Below, piece by piece: positions 26,852 to 39,141 of a stretch of DNA of 64,000 nucleotides. The notes below the pieces were generated by a model. That model saw nothing but the letters and a program-made list of their open reading frames with translations. It had not been told where the DNA came from and did not search any database. The stretch covers positions 77,314,001-77,378,000 of the forward strand of contig OZ024741.1 in NCBI GenBank assembly GCA_964016885.1. Direction: 5' to 3'. The stretch is from Eledone cirrhosa. Lineage: Eukaryota. Within the stretch, counting starts at the first letter, position 1, and each line of letters opens with the position of its first letter. The position numbers and the translations under genes are program-made.

Positions 26852-27038
26852 TAGGAAAAGAGTCAGGACCCTGACGGCTGAGATCCGGCCATTTCGACAG
26901 CTAGATCTGAACAGTTCAGATCTAGCTGTCGAAACGGCCGGATCTCAGCCGTCAGGGTCCTGACTCTTTTCCTATTACCCACTCGAGTACTCTGGTGCGT
27001 AATGGTCCACCTGGTTCCTTACCACACTTCCTTTGTTA
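26852..27038. mobile_element. Short fold-back element (~60-bp arms + ~65-bp tail) in (TA)n; family members at 34157-34380 and a half copy at 59756-59813
   Basis: taggaaaagagtcaggaccctgacggctgagatc... is mirrored by ...gatctcagccgtcagggtcctgactcttttccta; shared tail ggtccacctggttccttaccaca. Confidence 0.85.
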
Positions 27039-27050
27039 TATATATATATG

Positions 27051-27209
27051 CAGGTAAAATTCTGTTATAACGAATTTTTCAGTATAACGAATTTTTTTCC
27101 ATCCTCCTCCACAAGCTCGATGTGTTTCGGTCGATCCCGTTATAAAGAACTTTTCGTTACAACGAATTTTTTTATATCCCGTGAATTTCGTTATGACGGA
27201 ATTTCACTG
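27051..27209. mobile_element. Tigger/pogo-like MITE
   Basis: Imperfect TIRs CAGGTAAAATTCTGTTATAACGAA / TTCGTTATGACGGAATTTCACTG, TA at the right end, internal GTTATAACGAA repeats; a second partial TIR at ~27217. Confidence 0.7.
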
Positions 27210-27584
27210 TATATAATAGTGAAATTCCATTAGAACGAAATTCATGGGATATAAGATAAATTATGTTATATCATATATTATATTATATTATATTATATTA
27301 TATTGATTTATTATTAATGCATAACCAGCAGATCTTCGCGGAATTTGAAACAGTACTGTCCCAGCTTCGACGTGAATTTTTGTGTGCTAAACTAGGAGGA
27401 TACTGGCTGTAATTGTGAGTACTTTTAACGTTTTCATGTTAATCTGTCGATACAATAGTTACACTGTCCTCATAGCTTATGTTTCTGGCCGGGAATGTGC
27501 TCCAAATGAATTTGTTGAGCAAATTGAAAACAACGAAATCGAAATCACTGGATATGGATCTAAACCCTTATTATTATGTATATA

Positions 27585-27780
27585 AGAGCGATGGATCGGC
27601 AGTGTCGGTAGAGGGTCGGACACCCTGCTTTGCAGCAAAGAGTTACGGCCCTCTACCATTTGAGTTTAAATCCTGCCGAGGTTAACTTTGCCTTTCATCC
27701 TTACGGGGTCGATAAAATAAAGTACCAGTAATGCACTGGGATAATTGCTGGCCTTGTGCCCAAAGTAGAAACAATTATTA
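27585..27780 (+). mobile_element. tRNA-derived SINE (family A)
   Basis: A-box-like ggcagtgtcggtag, B-box-like gagtttaaatcc, shared body, AATT-type tail. Confidence 0.85.
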
Positions 27781-27907
27781 TGTATGTGTGTGTGTGTATT
27801 GTTTATCCAAATAGATGCATGTTGGTGTGGATATTTATATATATATAAATAGTATAAACCGAAAATGCACACTGGTATATAACACTAACATACAAATAAA
27901 TCGTTAC

Positions 27908-27998
27908 CTCGTCAGCCACCTTGCCGACGGTGCAGTTTCACGCATTAATGTGGTATTGTACACATGATGCCAGTTTGTGCAATAGATCCGAGCCCGCT
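27908..27998 (-). CDS. Candidate 91-nt internal exon of an unidentified host gene
   Basis: Pyrimidine tract + CAACAG acceptor; GAG|GTAACG donor; one open frame (RARIYCTNWHHVYNTTLMRETAPSARWLT); sequence not repeated in the window. Confidence 0.45.
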
Positions 27999-28433
27999 CT
28001 GTTGATGAGATGTGTGAGACGATAACAAAACAAAGAATAGACAGAAAAATTTACGGGTGTCTTTCGACCAACTAGAATTAAGATGACAACAGAGTGTGTA
28101 TGTAAATGTGCAATACAAGACGCCAGAAGTAGGGAAAAATTACTTTCGCCGATGAAATGTGGTGGAGTACGGATCAAAGAAATGCTCTTATCACCATTCC
28201 CAATCTGTTTTTTTTTTTGTGTTTTTTTATATTGTTATAGTAGAATATCACATGATCCACATGACAGGTGCAATGTGCCCGAACAATCTCTCTCGCCCTC
28301 CCCATCTCTCTGTATTGTGAGCAAATAGGGTCCCACGGGCTGGCCGCTCCGGCGGACAGAGTGGAGAAGGCGTTTCCCCAGAGGATGGTAAGAGAGATGC
28401 GCTGGAAGAGCCATTACATCATCCGCTGCTTAC

Positions 28434-28465
28434 CAGTGCTACCGGCCGGAAGGCCATATAAGTGG
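28434..28465 (-). CDS. Candidate 32-nt mini-exon
   Basis: ~150-nt AG-free pyrimidine-rich tract ending CCAAG; CTG|GTAAGC donor. Confidence 0.45.
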
Positions 28466-28638
28466 CTTGGCGACAGGAGGAAGTAGTAGACAAGCGAGAC
28501 ACAGTGAGATAAGAGGAGAGGGAAACAGAGAAAGAAAGAGAGAGACACAGAGAACACAAAGAAGTAATAGAGGAAGTAAGGGGTCAAGCAAGTAAAAACA
28601 TAGTTATAGTTTATCAAATTAGATGCGTCTTGGTGTGA

Positions 28639-28739
<101 letters not shown>

Positions 28740-28741
28740 CG

Positions 28742-30118
28742 TGTGATTAACCCGGCTAAATCCGAAGTTGGCCTTGCAAGTAAAAAAATTTTAAGAAAAA
28801 TAATTCTCCAAATTAGAACTAACACTGACCTATCACAGTGGCTAAATACTTCCTCTGTTATTTCTTGGTTTAATAATATACAAGGTAAAAATAAGTGTAG
28901 ATTTACCCAATTTGATATTGTTGATTTTTACCCCTCTATTACTGTTTCCTTATTAACTAATGCCTTAGATTTTGCAAGACCCTTCATTAATATTTCTAAA
29001 TTAGAAGAAGACATTATCTTTCATGTAAGAAAAACTTTACTCTTTACTAATGAAAATATTTGGGTTAAAAAGTAAAACCCTGAAAACTCTTTTGATGTTG
29101 CAATGGGTTCATATGACAGTGCGGATGTGTGTGACTTAGTAGGATTGTTCCTTCTCCACACCATCAAAGAGAAATTTCCTTCCCATAATATCGGTTTATA
29201 CCGTGATGACGGATTGGCAGTTTCTCATACCACCAACGGCCATAACCTTGATAAATTCCGTAAAGATTTAATCAATACTTTTGCTAATATTAACCTTAAA
29301 ATCACTATAGATACGAACCTTACCAATGCTAACTTTCTTGATATTAATCTTGATCTACTTACCGCCTCTTTTAAACCCTATCATAAACCTAATGAAAATC
29401 TTAGGTATATACACAAAGAGTCTTGCCATCCTCCTATAGTTTTTAATAATCTTATTCCTAACATTAGCCGTAGGATTTCTACCTTATCTTCGTCTATAGA
29501 CATTTTTAATAAAGCCGCCCCTTATTATAATAAAGCCCTTAAGAACAGTGGTTTTACAGAAATTTTTTTTTATTTACCCCCCAAATGTAACACCAAATCT
29601 GTTGTTTATGAGGCTAAAATAACACCGGTAATCAACAACCAGCCAGCCAGGAGTGAGCGATATGTCGGTATGACCCAGGAATTCAAGGATAGTAACATCC
29701 CGTACTCTATCGATTGGTCTATCTTAGACCATTCGAGGGATTACCAAAGGGGCACAAAGAATTGTTCTTTGTGTACCACAGAAAAATATAGGATTTTGCT
29801 AAACTTGAGAGCCACTTCTGCTTGCCTAAACTCAAAGACTGAGATCTTCAGATGTTGTCCTCATCTGAAATCACATCTGATCTGTAACTGGATTGACACT
29901 CCTATGATAAATCAACCGCCTTGAACTCCTTTCCTGCTCTTTACTTCTGCTACGGTTTTTTTATTTTTTATTTTTTTATTTGCTGAAGCCACGTTCTGTA
30001 CTCTTGTATTCTTTTTCTCCCTTATCTCCCCTTATTTTTCACCTTTTCCTATGCCCCCCCCCCCATATATTCTTTTCGCCTTACCCTTCACATACCAAAA
30101 TGTATATGTATGTATGTG

Positions 30119-30189
<71 letters not shown>

Positions 30190-30320
30190 ATATATATGTA
30201 TATGTAGATAGACCAGGTTTTTTTCATTCTGAGGATTGAAGGCAACATTTTTTTGCTTTTAAGAAACCACTGGTGAATGGAATAATTGCCTTATGTTGTT
30301 TATTACATTACTACTATATA
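28742..30320 (+). mobile_element. Penelope-like element (probably Hydra-type), truncated and internally deleted, with 3' pLTR
   Basis: RVINPAKSEVG, QFDIVDFYPSI, MGSYD, GLYRDDGL, FLDINLDL, VVYEA...RYVGMT, CSLCTTEK..LNSKTEI..CPH; clade label is inference. Confidence 0.9.
30223..30281 (+). ncRNA. Hammerhead ribozyme motif, cleavage triplet mutated to GUG
   Basis: UUCAUU-CUGAGGA-UUGAAGGCAA..UUGCUUUUAA-GAAA-CCACUGG-UG-AAUGGA. Confidence 0.72.
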
Positions 30321-30331
30321 TATGTATATAT

Positions 30332-32595
30332 AAGGTTCATATGAATTAGCTAAGATTGAGTGTTACACACACACATATATATATATATGTATATATAATA
30401 TAAGATTAAAAGATGGTTAAAGGAGTTCCATGTATTTTATTATGCGCATTTCAAAAACAAACATCATCATGCAATAATATTTGTGTTTTCATCAGATAAA
30501 ACAGGAGAACATGATATGAAGGCTAAAAAACACTTGTGGATAGTGCAGTTTTAAATCAACATATGAAAAGTGGTTTTAGATTGATGTGTGATATTGGGAA
30601 AAATATTTTATTTAGAGAGGGGGGTGGAAAGGATGAAAAAGGGGAGGAGATGAGAGGGAGAGATGGGTGATAGAGAGAAAGAGATAGTTTTTATAACTGA
30701 GAAAAGATATATTGTTTTACATAGAGAGGTTGAGAACCGTTGGAAGATAATGTATAAATTAAAAGAATTTGAAAATTAACGAAGGGAAGATATGTATGAA
30801 GATAGAGAGAAAAAATAATAATTGTGGATGAATATTCTAACGTCAAAAAAGTGTATGTTGATAAGTATTGTGGCAATTTCAAAATTAACGAAGAGAAAAA
30901 ATTATTAAGGTTTGTGTGTAGAAGGATTTGAGAAAAATAATGTGAAGTTAAAGTTTGTATATTGAAGGAATTGATAATATGTGCGAATAAAGAGTTAATA
31001 TGTATTAAGAATGAGTTCGTTGATGGGGAGAAAAGAATAATAAATTAAGGATGAAATTGAGATTAAAAAGTTTTATGATAGAGAGAAAAAATAATAATAA
31101 TTGCGGATGAATATTCTAACGTCAAAAAAACAAATGTATATGTTATGAAGGATTTTACATGGTGAAGATAGAAAGAGGGTAATGAGTAAACAAGTATTAT
31201 AGAGTGTATAATGCCCTTTGAAGTAAGGTAGGAAGATGGGTATATTTTAAAGAGGTGTATGTATATGTGCCTTTGAGAAAAGATTCTAAATTGATAAAGA
31301 ATTGAATATTAACTGTATACTTTGTGAAAAGTCCTATGGAATTTATGCAGGCAGATAGAAAACAAATCTGTACGTCTATTTATTATAGAATCTAGATTAG
31401 AGATAATGGTAAATTTTTCATTTAGGCAGAGATTACAGATTTTAGATAGAGAGCTGTTCAAGTATGAGGATGCAGAAGAAACTTTCTTCCAAAAGATGGT
31501 ATATTTGATGTTTTTGTCTTTCAAGGACCATATGAGTTCTGAGAGAGCCGTGTTGGTTCTTTTAAGTTTGTATTTGAAAGATGAATGGTGATTATAGAGA
31601 CGAGCTTTAAAAGAGGTGGAAGTGGAGCCAAAATAGGTGAAGGAATTGGTGCTAGTTATAACTTTACATTCATAAATTAAGTTTTTATCGAGACAATGGT
31701 TGTTGAGAGGACATTTATTTTTAATGCGGCAGTTGCAATTAGAGAGATTATTAATGAGTGACCTAGTGTTATCTATAGAAGGAATTGGATTGGAGAAGTT
31801 GTTTGCGATAGGAATAATAGGAATAATAGTTTCTTGATTTAGAGTTGGATTATGAACATTTAGCGAAGTTGTGTTTGACGTTGTATTTGGGTTTACAGAA
31901 GTTAACCTAGGGTTTACAATGACGTCGGGAGTACTATTACTGTTATTATGAAATTCAATGTTGGAAGGAAGAGATTTAGTATTTAGTATTTTATTGTTGT
32001 GTTTAGAGATGATGTTGGAAATATTGGAGGATGTAGAATAAGAAAATTTGATGGTGTGTTAGTTAAATATTTTACTATAGATATGTGAGGGAGGGAAGCA
32101 TTTATTTAAGGCACTAAAAATAATTTAGGAATATTGTTATTAATAGAGATGGAGAAAGGAGCATTATACCAGATTATGTTTTTGTATCTAGGTCTAAAAT
32201 TATTGGAATGATCATGATTAATTATTCTACTGTAAGTTTTTCTAGAATTTGTTTCTTTACTATATTTGATTTTATCTGGATAGCCGGCTTTAGAAAGTGC
32301 GTTATTATAGTAATTGGCGTTAGCATCAAAGATGTTTTTATTAGAAGATATGTTAGATATTCTTTTTCCAATATTACTAACTATAGCATTCTTGATATTG
32401 GTAGGATGGTTAGATTTAAAGTTAACATAATTTAGGTTCTCATTGTTTTTATGGTAAGGGTAATATAGGCCAGTGTCAAGATTAAGAGATACATCCAAGA
32501 AATTAGCTAGTTTGATACTATTATCAAATTCAATTTTTAGGTTATGTTAGTTAAAGAGATTACGTATATTGTTCTTAATAATATTAAGGTTAACT
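30332..32595 (-). mobile_element. Second probable Hydra-type Penelope-like element, 5'-truncated
   Basis: FLDVSLNL, PYHK..LNYVNFKSNHP, IIWYNAPFS; manual translation NCNCRIKNKCPLNNHC..LIYECKV...YFGST..FKARLYNH; CNLCLNEK..INRRTDL..CLH. Confidence 0.9.
30435..30501 (-). ncRNA. Intact type-I hammerhead ribozyme in PLE pLTR
   Basis: UUUUAU-CUGAUGA-AAACACAAAUAUUAU..AUGAUGUUUGUUUUU-GAAA-UGCGCA-UA-AUAAAA; palindromic stem III. Confidence 0.85.
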
Positions 32596-32609
32596 ATATT
32601 GCAATTTAG

Positions 32610-32614
32610 GATAC

Positions 32615-32657
<43 letters not shown>

Positions 32658-32785
32658 CTTTGCATTTGGTTGTGCGTGTTTGTGATATGTACGTATTTGT
32701 ATGTGTATAATTGTATAGCCATGTATGTATGTGTGTGTGTATGTATATATATATATATATGTGTGTGTATGTGTGTGTGTGTATT

Positions 32786-32866
<81 letters not shown>

Positions 32867-33504
32867 ATTTATATATATGTGTGTGTATATGTGTGTGTAT
32901 ATATGTATATGTGTGTGTTTGTGTATGTATTTGTGTATGTGTATGTATGTGTTTATGTATTTGTATATGTATATTTATGTGTGAGAGTGTGTGTATGTAT
33001 TTACTTTTTCGTACGTATGTGTACGTGCATTTGTGTGTATTGCTTACCACGCGTGTCTGTTCATCTACTCGTCGCTTGTATCGCTGTCAACTGTTTATTA
33101 TTTTATTTTTTATATATATTTTTTCTTATATTTATTTGCGTGTGTGAATATGTAGAGGTGTGTATATTTCTGTATTTTTGTACATGCATATGTACGCATT
33201 TATGTATGTGTATGTATGTACGTCTGTATATAGGTATGATTGTGTGCATGTATGTATGTATGTATATGTATGTGTGTATGGCTATGTATGTGTATGTGTA
33301 TGCATGTATATATATATATATATATATTTATATTTCTATATATATATGTGTGTATATATGTGTGTGTGTTTGTATATATGTATGTGTATGTATGGATGTG
33401 TTGATATTTATGTGTGTATGTATGTATGTGTATATGTATGTGTATGTGTGTATTTATATACACATATATATGTGTATATGTGTGTGTGTATGTATGAGTG
33501 TATG

Positions 33505-33535
<31 letters not shown>

Positions 33536-33560
33536 ATGTATGAGTGTATGTATATATATA
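32610..33560. repeat. Long mixed (TA)/(TG) low-complexity tract
   Basis: Source of spurious YI/CV ORFs 32547..33661. Confidence 0.92.
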
Positions 33561-33639
33561 TCAAATCAACCTTCTCAAATGCAAGTAGATGTTGTTACGG
33601 TATGTCGAATCTATTTATCTATAAAACTGTTTATATTGT

Positions 33640-33703
33640 ATTTTGTCTGAGGAAGGCATAGCATATTGTTAATATGTTATCCCTGAAATATATATAATGA
33701 AAT
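33640..33703 (+). ncRNA. Type-I hammerhead ribozyme in a solo pLTR-like cassette (~33560-33835)
   Basis: AUUUUGU-CUGAGGA-AGGCAUAGCAUAUU guu AAUAUGUUAUCCCU-GAAA-UAUAUA-UA-AUGAAAU. Confidence 0.8.
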
Positions 33704-33831
33704 AAATATGGTTTTATAAATATAGTTTCCATTTATTTAATATTGTAAATATACTCCAAATATTTGTCGAGTGCTTTTATATCAGTTATAAATATTTACT
33801 AGTTGTAACACAACAATTTAAATATAACTTT

Positions 33832-33891
<60 letters not shown>

Positions 33892-33919
33892 ACGCTTTTG
33901 TGTGTGTGTGTGTTTGCAT

Positions 33920-34114
33920 GTGTGCTTTTATTTTATTTTTCCTTTCCTTCTTCTTTCTCCAGCCTCACTTTCATATAGATTGCATTTTTGTTTTTAAAAT
34001 CCAAATTCAATAAACAGACCAGGATTTTTTCATTCTGAGGATTGAAAGAAAAAATGTTTTTACTTCTAAGAAGCCACTGGTAAATGGAATAATTGCCTTA
34101 TGTTGTTTATTACA

Positions 34115-34120
<6 letters not shown>
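33920..34120 (+). mobile_element. Solo pLTR of the 28742-30320 PLE family, with hammerhead 34029-34088 (GAAA mutated to GAAG)
   Basis: Matches 30205-30315 (agaccagg..cattctgaggattgaa..ccactggt.aatggaataattgccttatg). Confidence 0.8.
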
Positions 34121-34156
<36 letters not shown>

Positions 34157-34160
<4 letters not shown>

Positions 34161-34377
34161 AACGAGTAGGACCCCGACGGCTGAGCTCAAGCCGTTTCGA
34201 CGGCTAATTCTGGATTTAGTCCAGATTTAGTCCTGATTTTAGTCCAGAATTAGCCGTTGAAACGGCTTGAGCTCAGCCGTCGGGATCCTACTCGTTCCTA
34301 TTACCCACTCTACTACCCTAAGTATTGAGTACTTTGGTGCGTTACGGTCCACCTGGTTCCTTACCACATTTCCTTCG

Positions 34378-34380
<3 letters not shown>
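34157..34380. mobile_element. Short fold-back element (same family as 26852-27038) between (TA)n tracts
   Basis: Arms taggaacgagtagga... / ...tcctactcgttccta plus shared tail. Confidence 0.85.
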
Positions 34381-34470
<90 letters not shown>

Positions 34471-35346
34471 CGTGCGTGTGTGTGTGTCGTGTTTCCTTGC
34501 GTTTTATTTCAGGAACTTTCATGCCCAGTATATTTCGTATTTTTCGTATTCCATATATCTTGGGGCCTCATTTGCCTTAAAAATGTGAGGGGGGACAAAC
34601 CAACATTTGTTGATTCTTAAAGGAGCATAAATTGCTTATGGTGCCTTTCCCATAAGTAAAATTTTACAGTAATTAAATTTTATATATTCAAATGAAGGTC
34701 AGATATAAAAAAAATAAGCTTAAAAAGAATTTATTATATCAAATAAACAAAAAATAAAATATAGACGTTTGAAAAAGTGGGGAGGGACTTGTCCCCTGGT
34801 ACCTCCCTGAAACAAGGCCCTTGCGTATATCACATATATTTCGTCTTTTTCCTGTCAAATGAATCGAAAGACTGTGACTTGCATAGCTTCGTTGGTTTGT
34901 CTCGCATTCGTTACATTTTTGTCCCAAATAGCCTCTTCTATTGGTGTGCTGGAAATAGTTGTGCTGTAACCGAATGTACAAAGGCACCCAGATGACAGCT
35001 AAGGGTTGGGAAATCTCAGTTTGTCCATCTGAACCCAGTTTTCAGTATCCTTCGCATGTCACCTATGTAGTGTGTGTGTGAGTGTGTATATATATATATT
35101 TGTTTTGCGAGGTTTTTTTATATGAAATCGTGTGTCGAAACAAATATTGTTATACTTGGGGAGGGTCATATTGTTGTAATAATATTGCCAGAAATAATAA
35201 CAGAACACACTCACTGTTTGGTTGGTTTTCGCTTCTGTATCTTTTATACCTCCACAGTTAATTCATTTGGTCCTCAATGTTTATCATTGACTGACCAACG
35301 GTAAAAAATACAGATATAATATAGATATCAACACATATATGTAGTC

Positions 35347-35390
35347 TAACAAAGTTCTTTCGTTGCACATCTGCAACATCATCAGTGGTA
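35347..35390 (-). ncRNA. Hammerhead motif (inverted pLTR copy)
   Basis: Reverse complement of 38003-38046. Confidence 0.65.
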
Positions 35391-37447
35391 CTATTATGTT
35401 GCTCCTGTTGTATTGTATGTCTTCGCCATTTTTATTTTATCTGTTTATTTATTTATTTATTTTTGTCTTCTTCTCTGCACATGCGTTTGCGTGTGTGTAT
35501 AGTGTTTGGTGTGTGTTCGCGTTTGGGTGACTGTGTTTTGGTTATTGTATTCTACCTTAGTTTACTAGTGTGTGTTTATATGTGTTTGTTGTTATTGTGC
35601 TGTGTATATATTTATTTATTTATTTATATATATTTCTCTTAAGTCAGCAGGCAGGCGCACTGCCAACAACTTCCAGGCGTCTAACAATGACATACCATCC
35701 TTGTATGGGTCCGCAAAGACCATAAGACAGTCGACGACCCGACAACAGAACGACCAACAAGACCTGTATGCGGGGCCAATATCGCTATCAACTACAGTAT
35801 CTCCTACTTCCTCTCAATGGTTATACGCCCCATAATCAAGTTGTCCCCAGATGTATGTGACAGTACAGAGGACCTCCTCAGCAGAATAAATGAGTGCAAC
35901 AAAAACAAAAACCTATCTAACTGCATAATAGGCAGTATGGACGTGGTATCACTATACCCATCCTTTAACATTGATTTTGCTATGGAAAAATGTGTGGAGA
36001 TGATCAGTGAGAGCGAGGTGGAGTTCTGCGACGTCGACACAGATGAACTGGGCCTCCTACTTAGACTTGCCTATGACACCGAGTACCTAGACAGCTATGA
36101 TCTTAGCCGTTTCTGTCTCAGTAGACCCATAAGAGGTAGACTCCCTACCATAACCTCAATGGCAAAAAAAGACTCCCATGGGAAGGTGGATTGGGTGAAC
36201 CAAAGCCATACGGACCCCCTAAAACAATGATCAGGTAAGAAAAATGGTCGCGCATGCAATAGGGGCTAGTATTAAAACTACCCTAAAGGGCCACATATTC
36301 AAATTCAACGAAAAAATCTACACCCATTGGCGTCAGCATAGCTGGGGACGTTGCCAATCTTTTTATGGTATGGTGGCAAAGGAGACTCAAAGAACTCCTT
36401 CATGAGAGCTCCATAGACCTCCTCATGTACTCTCGTTACGTAGACGATATTAATATAGTAATAAGGACATCCCCACAAGAGAGTACTAACAATTATGATT
36501 TAGAATGTAGCACAATGGAAAGCATCCAGCAGAGAGCTAACTCCATACGCCAGAGTATAACTATAACTATCGACTACCCTTCCAAACACCCTAACAGTAG
36601 ACTACCTGTATTAGACACGGAACTCTGGATTAACACTATAGACGAGAGGCCCCAAATTATCCACTCACACTACGCTAAACCCATGGCCTCCAAGTATCTG
36701 ATACTCAAAAACTCAGCAATGTCCAGTAGTGCTAAGTTTAATATTCTGATCGCAGACTTGGTACGAGTGATGAAGAACGTGTCCCGCATGTGCGACCCAA
36801 CAGAAATGGAAAGACACATCCAACACTTCATCAACCGCATGCAGATCTCTGGCTACAACCAAAGAGACAGAATCAGAGTATACAAAGAAGCCACAGAGAA
36901 GTATAAGACCCTCATAGAACTGGACATGAAAGGAATTTGCCCATTATACAGAAGCAAATCATGGAATAGCTTAGATAGAACTAAACATAAGATAGGGAAA
37001 TCTACCTCATGGTACGACAACCAGAGATACCAGAGTGTCATGTTCGTGGACGCTACCCCTGGAGGGAAATTAGCTAACCAGTGTAGAAAGGCCCTGAGAA
37101 AGACCCACTTAAAGATTAAAGTGGTAGAAAAGCCAGGAACTACCATAAAATCCCTGATCAGCAAAGCATGCCCTTTTAAGAAAACCCACTGTACTAATAG
37201 GAAATGTGTTATATGTAAAGTAAACCCCCAGATAAACTGTAAAACTAGAAGCATAGTCTATAGCATAAGATGTACAGAGGGTACTTGCAGAAACATGACA
37301 ACAACATACATAGGCGAGACAGCTCGAAGCATAGGAGAAAGGACAGACCAACACTGGGGGAAATTAAAAGGACGAAAAAACGGTTCATTACTATACGAAC
37401 ACGCCAGACAACAACATGACGGTAACATAGACAACATAGAAATTAAA

Positions 37448-37615
37448 ATAATTGTTTCTACTTTAGGCACAAGGCCAGCAATTACCCAGTGCATTACTGG
37501 TACTTTATTTTATCGACCCGGTAAGGATGAAAGGCAAAGTCAACCTCGGCGGGATTTGAACTCAGATCGTAAAGGGACGTAACTATGCTGGAAAGCATGG
37601 CGTCCGACCCGCCAA
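37448..37615 (-). mobile_element. tRNA-derived SINE (family A) inserted into the PLE endonuclease C-terminus
   Basis: Matches 9262-9430; ORF 36365..37582 reads into it (IIVSTLGTRPAITQ...). Confidence 0.88.
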
Positions 37616-38002
37616 AATAATATCTAAACATAGAAAGCAGATAGGCAAATCAAAGAGGCAACCGAAATAGAGCTTAGAAGGCCAAAGCTAAACAGAAATA
37701 AAACAAAATGGAATAACAACACCCAAACAAACAATACTGACTTAAGAGAAATATAAATAAATAAATAAATAAATAAATATATACACAAGCACAATAACAA
37801 CAAACACATATAAACACACACTAGTAAACTAAGATAGAATACAATAACCAAAACACAGTCACCCAAATGCGAACACACACCAAACACTATACACACACGC
37901 AAACGCATGTGCAGAGAAGAAGACAAAAATAAATAAATAAATAAATAAACAGATAAAATAAAAATGGCGTAGACATACAATACAACAGGAGGAACATAAT
38001 AG

Positions 38003-38046
38003 TACCACTGATGATGTTGCAGATGTGCAACGAAAGAACTTTGTTA
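38003..38046 (+). ncRNA. Minimal hammerhead ribozyme in PLE 3' pLTR (one stem I mismatch)
   Basis: UACCA-CUGAUGA-U-GUUGCA gaug UGCAAC-GAAA-GAAC-UU-UGUUA. Confidence 0.68.
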
Positions 38047-38228
38047 GACTATATATATATATCTGTATTTTTTACCATTGGTCAGTCAATGATAAACATT
38101 GAGGACCAAATGAATTAACTGTGGAGATGTAAAAGATACAGAAGCGAAAACCAACCAAACAGTGAGTGTGTTCTGTTATTATTTCTGGCAATATTATTAC
38201 AACAATATGACCCTCCCTAAGTATAACA

Positions 38229-38288
<60 letters not shown>

Positions 38289-38554
38289 GTACATATATAT
38301 TTATAATTATAATATATGCGTGTGTGTTTGTATGTATGTATGTGTGTGTGTGCATGCATGTATGTACACTCTGCAGACAACTATTGCTCACCGTATATCA
38401 TCATCCATTTATCTTCGTTCGTGAAATCAGTGACATTCTCCATATCCTTCACACAGCTTCATAATATTATCCAATCTCTTAATCTCGTGTTTCAAATTTA
38501 GAACAATCAATCAATCGTCACCGCCACTCCTGCATTCTCTCCTCCACCCACCTA

Positions 38555-38614
<60 letters not shown>

Positions 38615-39101
38615 CACCCTTTCTCTCCTACCCCAACTTTGTCCCCCATTCTCATTCTCGTAACGCTCTTATTTCCATCAATCTCTCCCTCTCTCTCTCA
38701 TATACAAACACACTGACTGTGTTCTTCCCACCTTTTTGGTTTCTTTCTTCCCCTTTTTTTCTTTTTCTTTCGTGTGCATTTGATAAATTGTTAACGTGAC
38801 CTTGCAGTTGTGAATAGCCGAGTGGTGAAGTTAGGCATTTGGACACCACACGATATTCTTCAATGCCTCAATTTACCTGGATGTCAGGCATGAACAATCC
38901 ATATTAATCAATCTAGTTGGCATGATGGCTCTTTGATTAAGAAGTTCGCTTCACAGCCTCATAGCTGCCAGTTCGATTATACGACGAGGACACTTTGGGC
39001 GTGTTGTCTTCTTAAATAGCTCCTGGTCGACTATTACGTTGTGAGAAAAATTCAGTAACGCATACACACATACACACACACGCGCACACACACACGCACA
39101 A

Positions 39102-39141
<40 letters not shown>

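Larger units (their letters stand above)
35144..38232 (+). mobile_element. Penelope-like element, frameshifted, bracketed by ~500-bp inverted repeats (35144-35647 / 37737-38232)
   Basis: GSMDVVSLYPS, YSRYVDDI, LPVLDTELW, HYAKPMAS, CTNRKCVIC, IVYSIRC..YIGET; arms are reverse complements. Confidence 0.95.

Noticed and set aside
32547-33661. ORFs up to 316 aa rich in Y/I/C/V/H/T (also many others in the track)
   Set aside because: Translations of (TA)n, (TG)n and (TATG)n microsatellites
34561-34822. Possible hAT-like MITE with gggcct..ttt termini
   Set aside because: TIRs too degenerate and no TSD seen
38392-38408. MDDDI resembling the actin N-terminus on the minus strand
   Set aside because: Only five residues; no further actin sequence in the window
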